NCBI GenBank assembly: GCA_002633005.1
Contig: NMRA01000224.1
Location: forward strand, 592,981-656,980
Reading direction: 5' to 3'
DNA length: 64,000 bases
DNA from: Phoronis australis
Lineage: Eukaryota; Animalia; Phoronida
The position numbers and the translations under genes are program-made. A model generated the notes under the pieces. That model searched no databases. It saw only the letters and a program-made list of their open reading frames with translations, and was not told where the DNA came from. Positions 12,739 to 26,900 of this stretch are shown here, in pieces; positions within the stretch are counted from its first letter, which is position 1; every line of letters starts with the position of its first letter.

Positions 12739-15684
12739 TTGTCTTCTGACCTGCAGTGTTCCGACATTGCAAATGATTGTCAAGCGGCCAACCGTCTTCC
12801 ACCCATTGCATCATTTGGCGGGAAACTTAGAAATAAGTAATTTTTCTTCAAAATTAAAAAAGTTGCCACTATTTGGCATAAAAAGTGCCTATTTAGCAAG
12901 ATTTTATGGTATTCGATTCATATTAGCTAACTGAAACCTGAAAAAGTAAGAAAATGAATGGTGGGAACTCTTTAACGTGATCATGTTCAGCCTATGTTCT
13001 GCACCAACAACTCATCTAACACGTGCTTAGCTCTGTTCTTTCCCGTTGCGGTTTACTAAGTTGAATGCAATAATTGTTTTACCTTCTCCCGGCACTGCAT
13101 GTATTGCGTATAGTTGCACCCTAGAATGACAGTTTAATGCTCTCGCCTCAGCGTAGTCATTCGAAGTCAGCGTTTGTATTTCAGTTTTACATTGTTTTTT
13201 GTCGTTTGTTTGGGTAATGGCAATTTCATCGCGATTGTTCCGTCAAGTCAATAGCTTGTCGGTACATAAAGGTCGGGTGTAAAATAGAGCAAAGCATTTG
13301 CAATCGTTGAGTTCAATGAAGCATAACGTGGATCACGAGTGTTTTACAAAGTAATAGGACTATTTTATGTGTTTGTAGTGATATTTGAAGTGCGTCCGAA
13401 GGCATTGACAGTGTCCTTTTTACTGTAAACTGTCTGATCAGTACAGCTGTAGTTACCGGATGTGATTTAGTGCCGTTTGGCTCATGATACAGCCCGTTCA
13501 TAGACAACTTAAATGTCATGGTTGGTGTTATTTAAAAATTCTTTATCGCATTGCTGACATTTTTTTTACCTTTGCTTATCTATCAAAAACTGCTATTTAC
13601 ATTTCCACGTGCTAAAACTGGAACTCAGTTTAACTATACGGTAAAGTGTCGATCCGTTCAAAACAGTTCACAGCAATTAAAATTGATGTGAACTGTTTTT
13701 TTTTTCATATCATTGGTGCTGTCTTAGATATCGCTGTGTTTCGTCCCCTCTGTCCACCCATTGCAAATAAACTGCGTATAAAGGCCCAAGGGTCTATGAA
13801 TGAAACTGCACCAATATCCAGAATTAGTCGTATCATGCAAGCAAGCGGGAAACACTTGAGTAAGACCAAGTACCACGATTTTGAAATAGCACAGAGTGAG
13901 CAAAGTTGCAAAGCGCTCCATACACGACACTGGTGTGTTGTAATCTTGTACAACCAACTCTAAGTAGGGGTTTTATCTGGCATATGCCGATCAAACGGGC
14001 AATCACTGCATTCGTCCTCACACGCTGCCCTGGATGTGCCGCCACTAGTACTGGCGCGTACTGCAGTCAGAAGGCCTTGACACCATCTGTTAAAATCACA
14101 TCGATGGAGCTGCTGATTGAAATGGATCCACATAACACAGCTCAGTTTGTTGTACTTTTAGAAGTAATGTAATGATATCCGTTTATCGCAGATGCAACCA
14201 CGAGAGGAGTAAAGCCGAAGTGCGGACAGAATGACTTCTCTGAAGACAAAGTTGGAGACAATACGTGGAGATGGAGCATATGATGACATAAGACACAACT
14301 CAAATAACAGGTGTGTTAGCTGGCTTCCATAGTACCATGGCTCCGAAAGTAATTCCTGTCTGTCTGATGTCGACGTTAGGCAGATGATTTTATAAGCTCT
14401 TTGTATTTCTATTTTTGTCTCGATTAACTTTAAACTCTCACACTGGCTGCAAAGTGCGTAATCAAGTACAAGTTGTGCATGTGTTCTGATAGTCCTGCCT
14501 TGAAACCGTAAGTCAGCGTGTTCGCGTATATTTATCAAATGTAATAACTTGTGTCCAGTACACTCACTAAGGTGCGTCGATTAACTCCTTTTGAAAGAGC
14601 GGGAATCCCCAAACATTGCCCAACAGGCTGCTTGGCTTCATGAATTTGCAAGGATTTGAATGCATCTTTCGATCCTTCGATTTCCGATGTAATTGCGAGA
14701 AAGGACTAATTGAAAAATAAATCACGATTTTCCACCATTCAGAATATGATGTAACGAGTTCAGCGTAGTAGAAGTCCTGTGCATTGAAACCACGTGGTCT
14801 TGGGTAATTGTAGTGCGAGAAGTTAACCTCAGATTTCTGATTTAGCACTCATTAGCGTCTATGGTTATCTGGTGAAACGTCACGACTTCGTCATCATGGA
14901 GCATTGCAACCAGTGCTTTGGGATGCTCTTGGTAAAATTGGTTTCTTGTCATAAAATGAGATAACACTAGACAACGAGAATCAAGCTTGCCACCTGTTTC
15001 GAAGAAGTTTTGGAAACGGTATAGTCCCTTTCCGAAATAAGCGTACTTTTATTTAATTAGGTATGGATGAAAACGTAAAACCTCATTTTGCGTAACATAT
15101 GTACCAAATGGATGTGTCAGGAGTTTCACATTCATGTATGTTCATCTCGTTCAACTTCTTATCGCGTTTTTACTACGAACGCGAGCCCCATGAATTGTTA
15201 TGAGTTGGAAAAATCAGATTTGTGAGGCCGGTATTCGTGGTGAACGAAGCGTTTAATACACATTTACATGTACGACAGAGTCACGGGTATTCGAGGATTC
15301 GGTTCCAAAGAAATAAATATTGGGAAGAATTGACTTAAGCCTTAAAGTGAGGAATCGATTACCAATACTGCATAAGGGTTAACTATTAATAGACATCAAC
15401 TATTAACATGCAGTATGCATATAGAAATCAGCAATGATTTAAAATGATTTTTAACATTTTGTTATTTTCAGTCACGCGTAATCATAATTAAAATTCCCGC
15501 GACCTCTATCGGACGCCGTTTGTCAGCGGCTAATCCGCGTGAACACAATTTTCCCTCCATGGCAGTTGAGCCAGTATTGGTTTGGTGAGACTTGTACATG
15601 ATTCGTCGCTGTTATGATTTCGTAACTTACTTTTACTTGCCTCGTGTATTCATGTGATTTGTGAAAGATTTGTCTTAGGTTTAA

Positions 15685-16564
15685 AGGCGAAGGCAACCTT
15701 TTTTCATGTCATTTTTAGCAAAAATAAGGTTCGTTGATTATCCCAGACATACTTTTCATTTAATTATAGCTTTTTGTAATTTCAACAATTACTCGTCCTT
15801 TATTCCGGAAGTGACGTTTTGGGAGGCAAGCATTTCGCGCCATTTTTTCATATAGTCTTACTATGAAAGCTGATTATTGTTCTACTTCTGTTGTGATAAG
15901 TTTGGTCGTCGTTTGCTTTTGTTTACGAGTCAGTCAACATGCCACACTGTTGCTGCGTAACGAGATGTAGTCATTATCGTCTAACGGACAGAGGAACAAT
16001 TGTTCCACTTGTCCGAATGTCCCGCAACACACTCCCACTGGATGGTGACCTGAGCACACAAACTGCTTGCCGTGTGACTCCCTCGCCACACACCTAGCAC
16101 CTTCTAAATAGCTCCAGTATTTTAGACAAATCCTCAATAATTTGGCTCGCCGATCTATTCATTGGACAACAAACTGTCCTCGTCACTGGGTGTCGAACGG
16201 GGCCTGTATTTACTCCTTCTACTCAACATCGCAGCAGGGTTGCTTACAGGCTCTGTGCGATAATGAGAACATCCCGGTACGCAGCAACAGTGTTGCATGT
16301 TGACTGACTCGTAAGCAAAAGCAAACGACGACCGAACTTGTCACAGCCGAGGTATAACAATAACTGACTCGACAGCTCTCACAGTCACACTTATATGAAA
16401 AGAAATTGGGGCGAAAATTTTGCGTCCCAAAACGTCACTTCCGGAGTAAAGGACGGATAATTAATTAAATTTCGAAAAGCTGTAATTCAGTGAAAAATAT
16501 GTCTGGGATAATCAACAAACCTTATTTTTGCTAAAAATGACAGGAAATAAGGTTGCCTTTCCCT
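15685..16564. mobile_element. Palindromic (foldback) MITE, Kolobok-type, TTAA TSD, ~300-bp arms
   Basis: TTAA|AGGCGAAGGCAACCTT ... AAGGTTGCCTTTCCCT|TTAA; arms ~15685-15990 and ~16250-16564 are reverse complements with scattered mismatches. Confidence 0.9.
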
Positions 16565-16747
16565 TTAATGTCCTGTTCAAGACGACAGAGCAGAAATTAC
16601 GGTGAGGACTCAGAATAAATAAACACAATGCCTAAGAATTGATTACGAATACTAAACAGGATAATGAATTGTGAATTGATGGATAATCGACTGCAATTAT
16701 CCCATTCACTAAATATTAAGAGATTTTCTTTCTGAAGTCACAATATC

Positions 16748-16890
16748 GCCGGTCCTCTTAAATCGGACTGACTCACCCAAAACAGGACTCCGGGGAGCAA
16801 ATAGGACCACCGCACCAGAAAATGGGACTGACGCACCTCAAAACATGACCGGCCCACCACAAAACATTACTGCCCGGGATTGAAACCTCA
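16748..16890 (+). repeat. ~140-bp repeat with ~21-bp internal periodicity; inverted partner at 18533-18690
   Basis: aaaatgggactgacgcacc..aaaacatgac is the reverse complement of gtcatgtttt..ggtgcgtcagtcccatttt. Confidence 0.8.
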
Positions 16891-18532
16891 GTGACAAGCA
16901 AGCTAAGAGTTATTACCGGCTGGCCTACACAGATTACAATGGAGCTACGTATTTACGTATGCATATGCAGGTCTTGTGCCGATTAATTTCCAGAGACGAA
17001 ATCGTTTGTGGGCTACAGGACACTTCGCCTTGTAACAGCGGCCCTTTAGAGTTTTAACCCCAAACCAACCACGTTGCATGCTTTTGAGCTTAATAATAAT
17101 AACTTTAACCACTTCTTAAGTTTTAGAACAAAATGAAAATCGTTTTCTCCAATTTGACGTTTTAGTCAAGAAAAAAAGGGCGTTCTGGTTCTCGGGTGAA
17201 GCATCATCATAACTAGCCTCTGTGCGCCAAGCTGTATACTAAATATACAGCTTGGCGCCGATGTGGGTAAAACACTGAACATGTAAATTCTTCACCGAAT
17301 TGGTGTTAATAACGACACTCTTCCTTGAGTAAACTAAATTATTTATCGGCACTCGCCGGGAAAAAATTTCGTTCTGTCGTTATTCTGCTGCTAAAAGTGA
17401 GATGCGTTCTTTTAGGGCGGCTAGTTCTTTTTTCACCGATTCTTCAGTGAGCTCCTCTTCTCTTCTACGAGGCTGCGTACATGGCACAACAAAAATTGGA
17501 ACTGGTTTTATTTCGTCATAAGTTTTTAGTATTTAAATACCAATAAACCGAATTTCGAAACAAATCTTGTTGTTGCGAAATTGAGTCATCATCTTCCGAA
17601 AGATGTCGCAAAATTTTAGGAAATGGCGCTTGCTCGTGTCACGAGCGCGACCGAGTTTTCTGTTACAATAGGCAAACAAATGACGTTCATCAGATTGTTT
17701 TTCACTCAAGCGACTGCAACCTGCAAGGTAAGTGTTGATTGACACCATAGATGTACTATAGTCTATGTTGACACCTAGATCATGACGGCGACATCCTGTT
17801 GGCTACAACTTGTTCGATTCTATAGCCCCAACAACAAGTTGGGAAATTTACCCCCGTAGCCAATGTCTTACACGCCTGATTAACTCCATTCTGGCATTCA
17901 TGGTTGGAGGGCCTGCGCTCTTTTGTTCGATAATTGCTCTAATCTCCGATCAGATCGTATCTAGCCTGACTGGGCAGTGCTGATAAAAATAAAAGTTAAG
18001 TTATAACATATTTGAGCTTAAACCAATAACATTTCTGAATTCCTCCTCAAATGCTGATCATGTTCCGTTTTTGAATCACCGAAATCGCCCAACTTCAACA
18101 GAAGTTAAGACAATCTATTCTGTCCAAACGGATTACCAACGCACTGGGTTTGACTGTGTTCATACGCGTTCGGTAATAGCGTGCAACCACCATACGTTTC
18201 CTTTGAAGCCTGGGAGATAATTGGCCTGCTTGTTATCATACGGGACAAAAGACTGAGCTGGGCAGTTAACAAAAGAGTCAGATGTTATCGCACGTTCAGC
18301 ACCCCTCACGTCTGGAAAAAATACTGAACTACAGAACGCTGTATTGTTTTGCATGCGCCTGCTCCGGTCGCTAGCTCTACATTTTGATATAAGTTTCACG
18401 ACGAGGTGACGAGCAGAACTATATCCGGGCTGTGCTACCAAGCTTTATTTTGGCGATAGGCTTTACACAGCTAGCTGACCGTTACGTCATAACCCGCAGT
18501 ATCATTCAAAGGCATTGATAACTACATATTGT

Positions 18533-18690
18533 CCGGCGGTCATGTTCAGTCCCCGGCGGCCCTGTTTTGTGGTGGGGCAGTCATGTTTTTTTGGTGCGTC
18601 AGTCCCATTTTCTGGTGTGGTGGTCCCATTTGATCCCCGGAGGTCCTGTTTTGGGGGAGTCGGTCCGTTTTGGAGGACCGGCAGTCATGT
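18533..18690 (-). repeat. Inverted partner of 16748-16890
   Basis: Direct reverse-complement comparison. Confidence 0.8.
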
Positions 18691-21600
18691 TGTTTCTCAC
18701 CCTTGAATATGGCATTAGGTAAAAGGTTCATTGGTTAAATGGGGATCAGGAGGTTCAAATGACGTCAAGCCTAAGAATCCTGAACAATTTAAAAAATACC
18801 AACACCTGTCGCATATCGATTTTACCAAAAAATCCCATGGGTACCGCGACATACATGTACAAACGCTTGATTTCTCAAAGTTTTAGCTAGCATCGGTGAC
18901 TACATTTTTTTTTCATTTACATTCCTGGAAATGGTTTTAGAGATGTAATAATACATACATGTACATTCAAGCACTGATTAATCCGCTAATCTGGCAAACC
19001 CGATAAGACGATCGCCATCTGTGGGCGGCAATCAAAATAAGGTGATTCGATTAAAAACCTCCAAATTCCAATACGTAACGTCTGCGGAAAAGAGAATTGG
19101 AACTACACTGTACCAGTGTATGGTGAAGCGTGGGTTGCTTTAAAATAACAAACGTGGCAATAATTTTGTGAAAACTGCAGCGCAATTGCGGCAAAAATAT
19201 TGTGACAAGGTTTAATGCGTGTCGTGTGTGCAGCATTGTGGGTAAATGGCGCAGAATTAGAGGTTCGAATTTGATATTTATTATAGCGACTGACAATAAT
19301 TAATTCTGTAGCCTCAGGGATTATACTCTACATACCACCACATCTCCTTGTCAACTAAAGTGATGTTGCCTTCAATAATAGGATCACAGCAAGTACGACC
19401 TTTTAAATTCAGACATTGTGTAAATTACGTACGTTCTGTTGAGAAGGAAGGTACTACTGCTGTATAGAAATATAGGTTAGTTGTCTTCACATTTCTATAA
19501 TGTGCCAATCGGTAAGGCAATTACCTCTTAATCCCCTCTTACAAAGTTTCACGAGATTATGAGATACTTCTGTGGACAATTATGAAGCATTAGGAGATTA
19601 TCGTCGCCTGAGTTCACACTAAAGCCCGGGACTGGTGAGAGTGACAGTTTGTAAACGCGGTTGATGGTCTTTCCAATAGCCAATATATTTAAGTTGCTTT
19701 GGCCAAGTTTGTTCAAAGTTACAGATGAGCTAGTACTGTTTTATTGACAGCAAAGCTGAATAGCTAGCGTACAATGGCAATTATTGACCGTTAGAAGCTT
19801 TGTCAACATTTACAACAAATATTAGCGCGTCTCTCTACAATCAATGGGTAAACACTACCCTCCTTGGCTATGAATCGTAGCAATCCAACCAGTAACCAGA
19901 ATAGTGGCGTTCAATTTTACTATTATTCGCGTTAAAACATAAGGTTTATCTTCATATTAGTTAAGTGATCAGTGAGCACGCTATTTCGGGACGCGGCTTA
20001 GAAATCAATGGGAACTCGGAAATGACAGTCTAATGCCGATCTGTTGCTGTGGTCTGGTGCTCGAGTATGCACGTACAGTAGTTGTTTTTAGAGTGCTTTA
20101 GTCAAGTTGGGTAAGTATAGCGCATTTACATTTCCTGCTTTATTAGCTAGTACCAAGAGCTCCAAAGTTCGTTTTCTGAAATTGAGTGTATTTGTTACCT
20201 TCACCGCGAATAAAAACTCGGGCGTGCATTCGTAAACAGGGGCCATAGAAACAGAAAATTGACAAGGACATGAGGCTAGGACAATTATGCGTAGTTTACA
20301 CAGTTTTTGGCATAAATAGTACCGTTCGTAAAATTTAATTTGTAAATAGAGCCTAAGGAAAATTGAATAAACTCTCGTAATGCCTTGAAGCTCGCCGCGA
20401 ATAAAAGGTTCGGGAAGCCATGCAAACTTAGAAGTCTATCTTTCATTTACGTTCCGAAATATTCCTATGTGTGTACATTTGGAAACTTTTCCGGATATAA
20501 GCTCATGGACTATATGGGTCTGTTTTTGGAAAATCCGGTTGTTTGGATTCAGCTGTTAGACAACTTTACACTCGTATTTTTTATCCCTGTCCACAGTGGT
20601 GAAGGAAAGGAGCCCCGGCACAGTGTGCAAGTTTTAAATTATCTTCCGAATAATTTCCGAGCTACGCTAATCCAGGAATGAGATCACCTTTAGGACAAGC
20701 CTTGCGCATATTGACACAATGTCAACCACTGGCATACAATAAACTAAAGTGTGAAGAATTGCGCATTTGTTTATAAAAAATGTTCCTACCTAGATCATTC
20801 AAAAGCACATGAACAGCAGCGTTAAGTTGGTGAAGGCATGGGGGCAAGACCATGCAAGACTTTGTATGAATATCTTTAAAACAGCTTGGTAATTCAAAAC
20901 AATAGAAAGTTGCCAGAGTTAACCATCCACGAGGCTCTGTTATTTAACCGGAGTCACTGTTTTAGAACAAAGTCACGCCAGGGTTTAATTCACTCCAAAA
21001 CAAGCAACAATTCAGTTCAATTTCTTGGGTTATCCTACGCAAGCAAACGGAAAACCAATAAAACATAGGACAGAAACTTACAGTGAATACACCCTCACGA
21101 TACTATTATTACGCCAATTAAAACACCTCATTTAGGGATCACAATAAGACGAAGCGTGCGGGTTCTGTTGCACAAAATCAAGAAAAGTCAAGTTATAGCA
21201 GGGTGTGACGTAGACCAGAGCTATGAAACAGCAAAATTCCATGTTTTTGTCATTTTAGTACAAATGGTCACTTTTCGCCGTTGTCCGTCGGTCAAATGTT
21301 CGTTGAAATCAAAAATCAAGGCCAGCGATTAAATATTATTATCCAGTGGCCGAGGATTAGCTCTGCCAGCAGATCGTTTGACTGTGGCTGGGTAGTTGCA
21401 GGGTTTATTTCACACCACGGTTTATCTCAGAAAATCACTTTCGTCGACGATAATGTCCGGGGACTTTTTCAGTGGCAATAAGAAACTTGCAATTCGGAGT
21501 CATGGGGTTTACTAGAGGCACATGTTTTATTCCTTTACCTGTCACAGATGTTGTGTATGGCGTGGTGCTGCTTATATGTTAAAGAAAATACGTGTACAAG

Positions 21601-23881
21601 TGGCATTGAGGCATGTGTTGTTTGTGTCGTTAGTACAATAGCCTGCTCCTTGCGGTTCGATTTCCAATATCTATCATAATAGTCTTGTTATTGGTCTAGG
21701 CGTGCTTGTCAGGAAGAGCAAACATACCCAGTTACCTCATGGTTGACTTAAGTTCTTGTTTGAAAATTCAATTTTAATTGTCAGCGCACAGTCCTTCAGT
21801 CGTTTTGACGTATATGGTTGCATCTTCTGAATTTTTTATTATACTGTTTGACGGTGTCATCAAAACATAGACTTGAAACTCAGAAATCCAAAAAACTGAT
21901 ATCTTCAGTACCTCCAAAGATTCGGGCAAAAGTTATGGAAATACGGGAGAGAGATGGGGTAGCGCAACACCCAACAAAAGTACACGGCAAACAATAGAGA
22001 AACCGCATCGACAGCGAACCGTAAATAGAGGTAAATGAAATGTAAAGAGAACCTGAGTTCAGTGTGCCACGTAAAAGTGTCATAGAATAAAGACATGCCC
22101 CCCCCCCAAGCACTATGCATTTGCAATGCTATTAAAACCACAGAATGTTCATTGAAATAGCAATGAAAGGTTGCAATTCATGATGACCACTGTTTGTGAA
22201 TAGTATCGATGGGGTCGAAATTATCGATATTTTCGCCCAAAGAATCCGAGACTACAGTGTTTCATTTGAAGATCGTTAATAGGGAAGCATAATTTCTGAA
22301 ACGTGGAGTTTTCGTACGAAATTAGCTGTGTGGATTAGACTGTCACACGCTCTTTTTAGACTTATTATCTGTAAGTTTTACCAAGGGATTTCATCGAGGT
22401 TCTCAAAGTATTGACAGTCGAAAATAATTATTTCTTGGTTTCTTTAAATACGAGTTGAACGCTAAAACTTTAACAGCTTATCATTGGAGTTCGCCAGAAT
22501 TCATTTTAATATGGCTACGCTCTGAAAATTTCTTGGGGGATGCCCCAATCTCACCGTGGGTACATGGCTCGACTGGCATGAGGAGTCTTCCTGAGCCGGA
22601 TTCCCATTTATTGTTTGGTTGTGTTCAACGCCTTGACGTTATAGAACTGTCCATCTGCTGCTCTAGTATGTACTCATTGTTGTCTATGAAGCTCTTACCT
22701 TTCGAGAAACTCTTTGAAACGCTTACCTTTCGAGAAACTCTCTCTGCATCATGTTAGGTAAGAACTTCATAAAACTAAGTTTAAGTCAAACCATTTTTTT
22801 CAAAATAACGAGAAGAATAGACTCTTAGCTTTCATAATTTCTGGTGTTGCGTCAACAAAATTGATACCACAGGACATGGATGGTTACGTAATAAATGCAA
22901 GGGCTGAATTTGGTACGATTCTTCCTTTTTATCACATTCTTTTTTATAAACTGGTAAAATCAAAAAACCGCTGAGCCCACGTGAAAGTCAATACAAAGTC
23001 AATTCAAGTTCTAGGTAGCACAAGTGTACTGAACTCGTGGTCGGCTTTGGACTGCATTAATGAATTTATAACCGGAGCGATATGTTTATGGTAATTAATT
23101 GGACAGCCTATAACACTATACGCCTAGTCTTCGCCTGTGCATTTTCACCAAATCGATGAGTCTGCGACTACTTAGTCCATGAACAGTTCCTGCCCTCACG
23201 TGCTCATGTAGTATTTACTCTATACGATAAATGCACCACGTGTGCTCATGGTCAAATCAACTTCCAGTTTCACGAAAGTGTTATCTTAGACGGATGACTA
23301 GTAGAACCAGCGAAGTCATCCTCGCACACCCAGTGTCAAAAAAGTCATCGGTTTTAACAGGCTCGGTCAATCTTTCCCAAACTGAACTGAGTTCATATTC
23401 CTCGCACCTCTCAATCAATTTACGTCGATGGTACACACATGCTGTCACGTCAAGAAAAGTTTTGGAGACCAGCGTATTACAGTAAATTCGAACTTTTCAT
23501 GATTTTCGCTTTTAAGCCGTACGTATAGGAGAAAGTGCAGCTTTAAGTACGACTGTTCGAAGCAGCTGCGTGTTTGGAGGTAACAGACAAACTGAGACCT
23601 TTGCTAACAGTGATACATGTAGGTGATTTTTCGGTGTATGGGATCATCTAAAATTCCAACGGTTTTGTAGCAAGGCGATTGTTCTCTCCTCAAACACCTG
23701 TGAAGGACACAGACTGTTAAAGGTTGACCAAGGTACACAAACTTATTCAGACAAGTCAATTTCATATTAACCTGCATTTTGTCTTGTGGTGTTTTATTAA
23801 TGAATTGGTTACTTTTTCTTGTAGAATGGTTGCTATTGGTAATGATTAAAGAACGAGGTTGGTCTCGGACTACGTTTCATC

Positions 23882-23944
23882 ATGGCGACTTCATGCACGT
23901 TGCTCATCTGTGTGGTAATTTTTGGAGTCAGTGGCGTAACGGCG
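23882..23944 (+). CDS. GPCR coding exon 1: signal peptide [21 protein letters not shown]
   Basis: Acceptor ttttcttgtag ends at 23824; in-frame upstream TAA at 23840; strong Kozak context atcATGG; hydrophobic 21-mer ending V-T-A; donor GCG|gtaagt, phase 0. Not in the ORF track. Confidence 0.78.
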
Positions 23945-26900
23945 GTAAGTAAGACATTTGTCTTCAATACCAGCCTGCTAAGTTGTAAAGAAACAAGCAC
24001 TGTCTCTCAAATATCAGCGTGCTAAGTTCTAAAGAAACAAACGCTGCCTCTCGAATATCAGTGTGCTAAGCTCTAAAGAAAAAAACTCTGTCTCTCGAAT
24101 ACCCTGGGTCACTTTTCATGAAACTGTTTCTGTTTTAACTTTGACCAAAGTCAGGCATACTTAAGACCAATCTGTCTTAGCCTCGTTTCATGAAATTTCT
24201 TAAGACCAAAATTAAGATCGAAATCGGTCGCGGTTAGACTGCAATCACTATAAACTGTCCAAGAACAAGATTCGCCAATATTTTTCTCAATGTTTCACAA
24301 TCTGAAGGCTCAAACAATATCGAAATGATGAGGCGTCTGCATTCGATTGGAGAGAACCGGCGAAGCACCGTAGAGACACCTGTAGTGCGACCTATTTGTT
24401 ATTGCGCATTTGAAGTGATACTTTAGTTATGCCAGGGGTTTCTCACGTAGCGAGGTCCCAACTGCATCCAAAATGTTGTGTATAATTTTTCATCGCACAT
24501 CTTTTTACGTAGTTTTGCGATTTAGCAAGAGGTGGCAAAAGCGTAGTTAGTCTCGTTGGTTCCCTGCGTGCCGCTAGGTGGTCAGTAGTCCTGAGCACGC
24601 AGGTAGCACTTAATTTTCCTCGGGAAATTTTTGTGCACCGGCGTTTTTGATTGGCCTGTCGAATTTTCAACAGGCAGTGCTTTACGAAAACAAACGTGCA
24701 TGACTGATGAACTGAAGTGTAAATGTGGTCTGTTGTAAAGACCAATCGATGCTTAAAATTTACGTTTAGGAAATGTGAATCCTAGAAATTGTAGCTGCGC
24801 CTATACGGAGTGCATCTTTCTACTGTCGACGACATTTGTTTACGATACTGTCGTGTATTCATACAGTATGAATAACACACCGGTTAAATCTGCCAGATAT
24901 GTGTTTATTTTACATGTATGTGCATCACGCACGCGGCTATTGAACATCACTGCAGAAACGAAATAGTTGCTGCGACGCCACTTGCATGACAAGGCGAAAA
25001 ATCTTGGTCCGCCATTTTTTCACGGTGTTGTAAAGATAACCAATAACTGCTGCATCAACCAATGCAAAAGCGCGTGCCACTGCGTGATACTGCCTGCTGG
25101 GTGGGCAGACACGTAGGGAACCAGCAGGGTAGTTAGAATGCTCTCCTTATGCAAAAACCGACGTTGTATTCATAGAACGGTCTTTTATAAATTTTTATCT
25201 TTGGTCTTGACTCACTTTTCATGAAACATAACGTTAATAGGCCTACGCACTCTCTGACCAGATCATTTGATCGATGAGTTTAAATAAAGGCCTAAAACAG
25301 TTGTCGACATTTTTAACAATACCCATTTGCATGTTAACCACGTGAATTGTGTTACTTCCTAGCATGAGAGAACTGGCAAGACGGCGAAATCTCAGTACTG
25401 TGACGTCACTCTTTCTGTCCCCATTGTATTGGCCCATAATCGTGTGTTCTAAAGAAAGGTAGCAAGCCCCATTAGAAACCCGAAAACGTGTACCTGATTT
25501 TAATAGCCATTTTCCAATAAAGCCGTAACTGAAATTCTCCACTGTCGCTAGACGGCGGTCCATAGTTGGTGGACTGACATTTCTTTCGTAAGCCAACACC
25601 CCACTGTGTGTTAACGTACCTAGATCCGATCACTGTTATCTTCTTTCAGACGGAAAAACAATGACATTATCGTGTAATACCGTGCATCATAAGCTATGTC
25701 AAGAGTTCATTTCTGCTTTTGATGACCCGGACTTTATGTATGATATTTATTAATTCACTTACTCTTAAATTTGCCAATCCAGATTCAAGAACGGTTCTTT
25801 GCAGAACGGTTTTCGAGTGGACTCACGAATTATCGTCGATTTCCACCGTGGTGCTTAGAACTTGTTGATGAGTCTTCTTGTACTGACTGGGTGGACAGCG
25901 TTCTGCATGCGTGTGTGGTTATTGGTTTGATAGATCCGCAGTGCTTTTTTTAATAAAATCTTTAATACTATCACGGCGTAAAAATTGCCACTGACGGGCG
26001 TCGGGGACATACACTGTACAATAATGTACAGCATCTCAAAGAGCGCTAGACCGGCAATTTAGAGACCTGCGGCTCGATTACCAGTTGGGGTTCCTGATTT
26101 TTCAGTGTTTATTTGATATAAGTATCTCAAACTGCTTGTCGATGAAAGAAATTGTGCATTTCGTTCCTGTCAAGAGATCCAGAGTGCATACCTGAGTGAG
26201 AAATTCGGTCCCGCGAAAGTCTCAATGCATGTAGAACGAGATGTAGAACATTTCTTATGTTGGAAATAGACTACACGGTTTGGAATTGGGTATGCGTACA
26301 TGTAGGCATGCGCAATAACTTGTTAGACAAGCCAATTTTTACATTGCGCTCTGTATGGGGACCTGGTAATAAAATGTAGATTTCTCTTAAAGTAGCGATT
26401 TAGTGACGAAAACAGCCGTACGTGAATATTGCGGCAATGTCTGGAACTTAACATTCGGATTAGTCATAAAGCTGCTTTTATATCTCGGATATCAACTTGG
26501 TTGCCAACCAGGTGCCGTGATGATCGGTGACAATATATAACTTGCCATTGAGATGTCATTTAAGTCTTCATTTGCTTGTTATTTCTCCGTATCGAGTCTA
26601 TGTGACGTTATGAATTGTGACTTTGTGGCGGACTCAATGAAAATTTGAGTGACTTTCCCAATTACTGCATCATGACTGACACCAGTCAGACAATTAAGAG
26701 AACGGAGTTTGTCAGAAAAGAGAAATGATTTTGTAGTAATGCAGAGTATTGACACAATTGTTGCTGTACAAAATCCGTGGACGTTGGATCCCTGTATTGT
26801 TGAAACAGGTTTCATTTTTTGATTTGATTGAAAGCGAACAGCTTCTGCCGCATTAAAACTGATGTCCGCACACAGATAACTCCTGTGTTATTTCCATTGT

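Noticed and set aside
11750-12934. Five long ORFs (300-394 aa) in the ORF track
   Set aside because: Artefacts of translating through the N gap.
26030-26105. Third tRNA/SINE-like head
   Set aside because: A and B boxes too degenerate to support.
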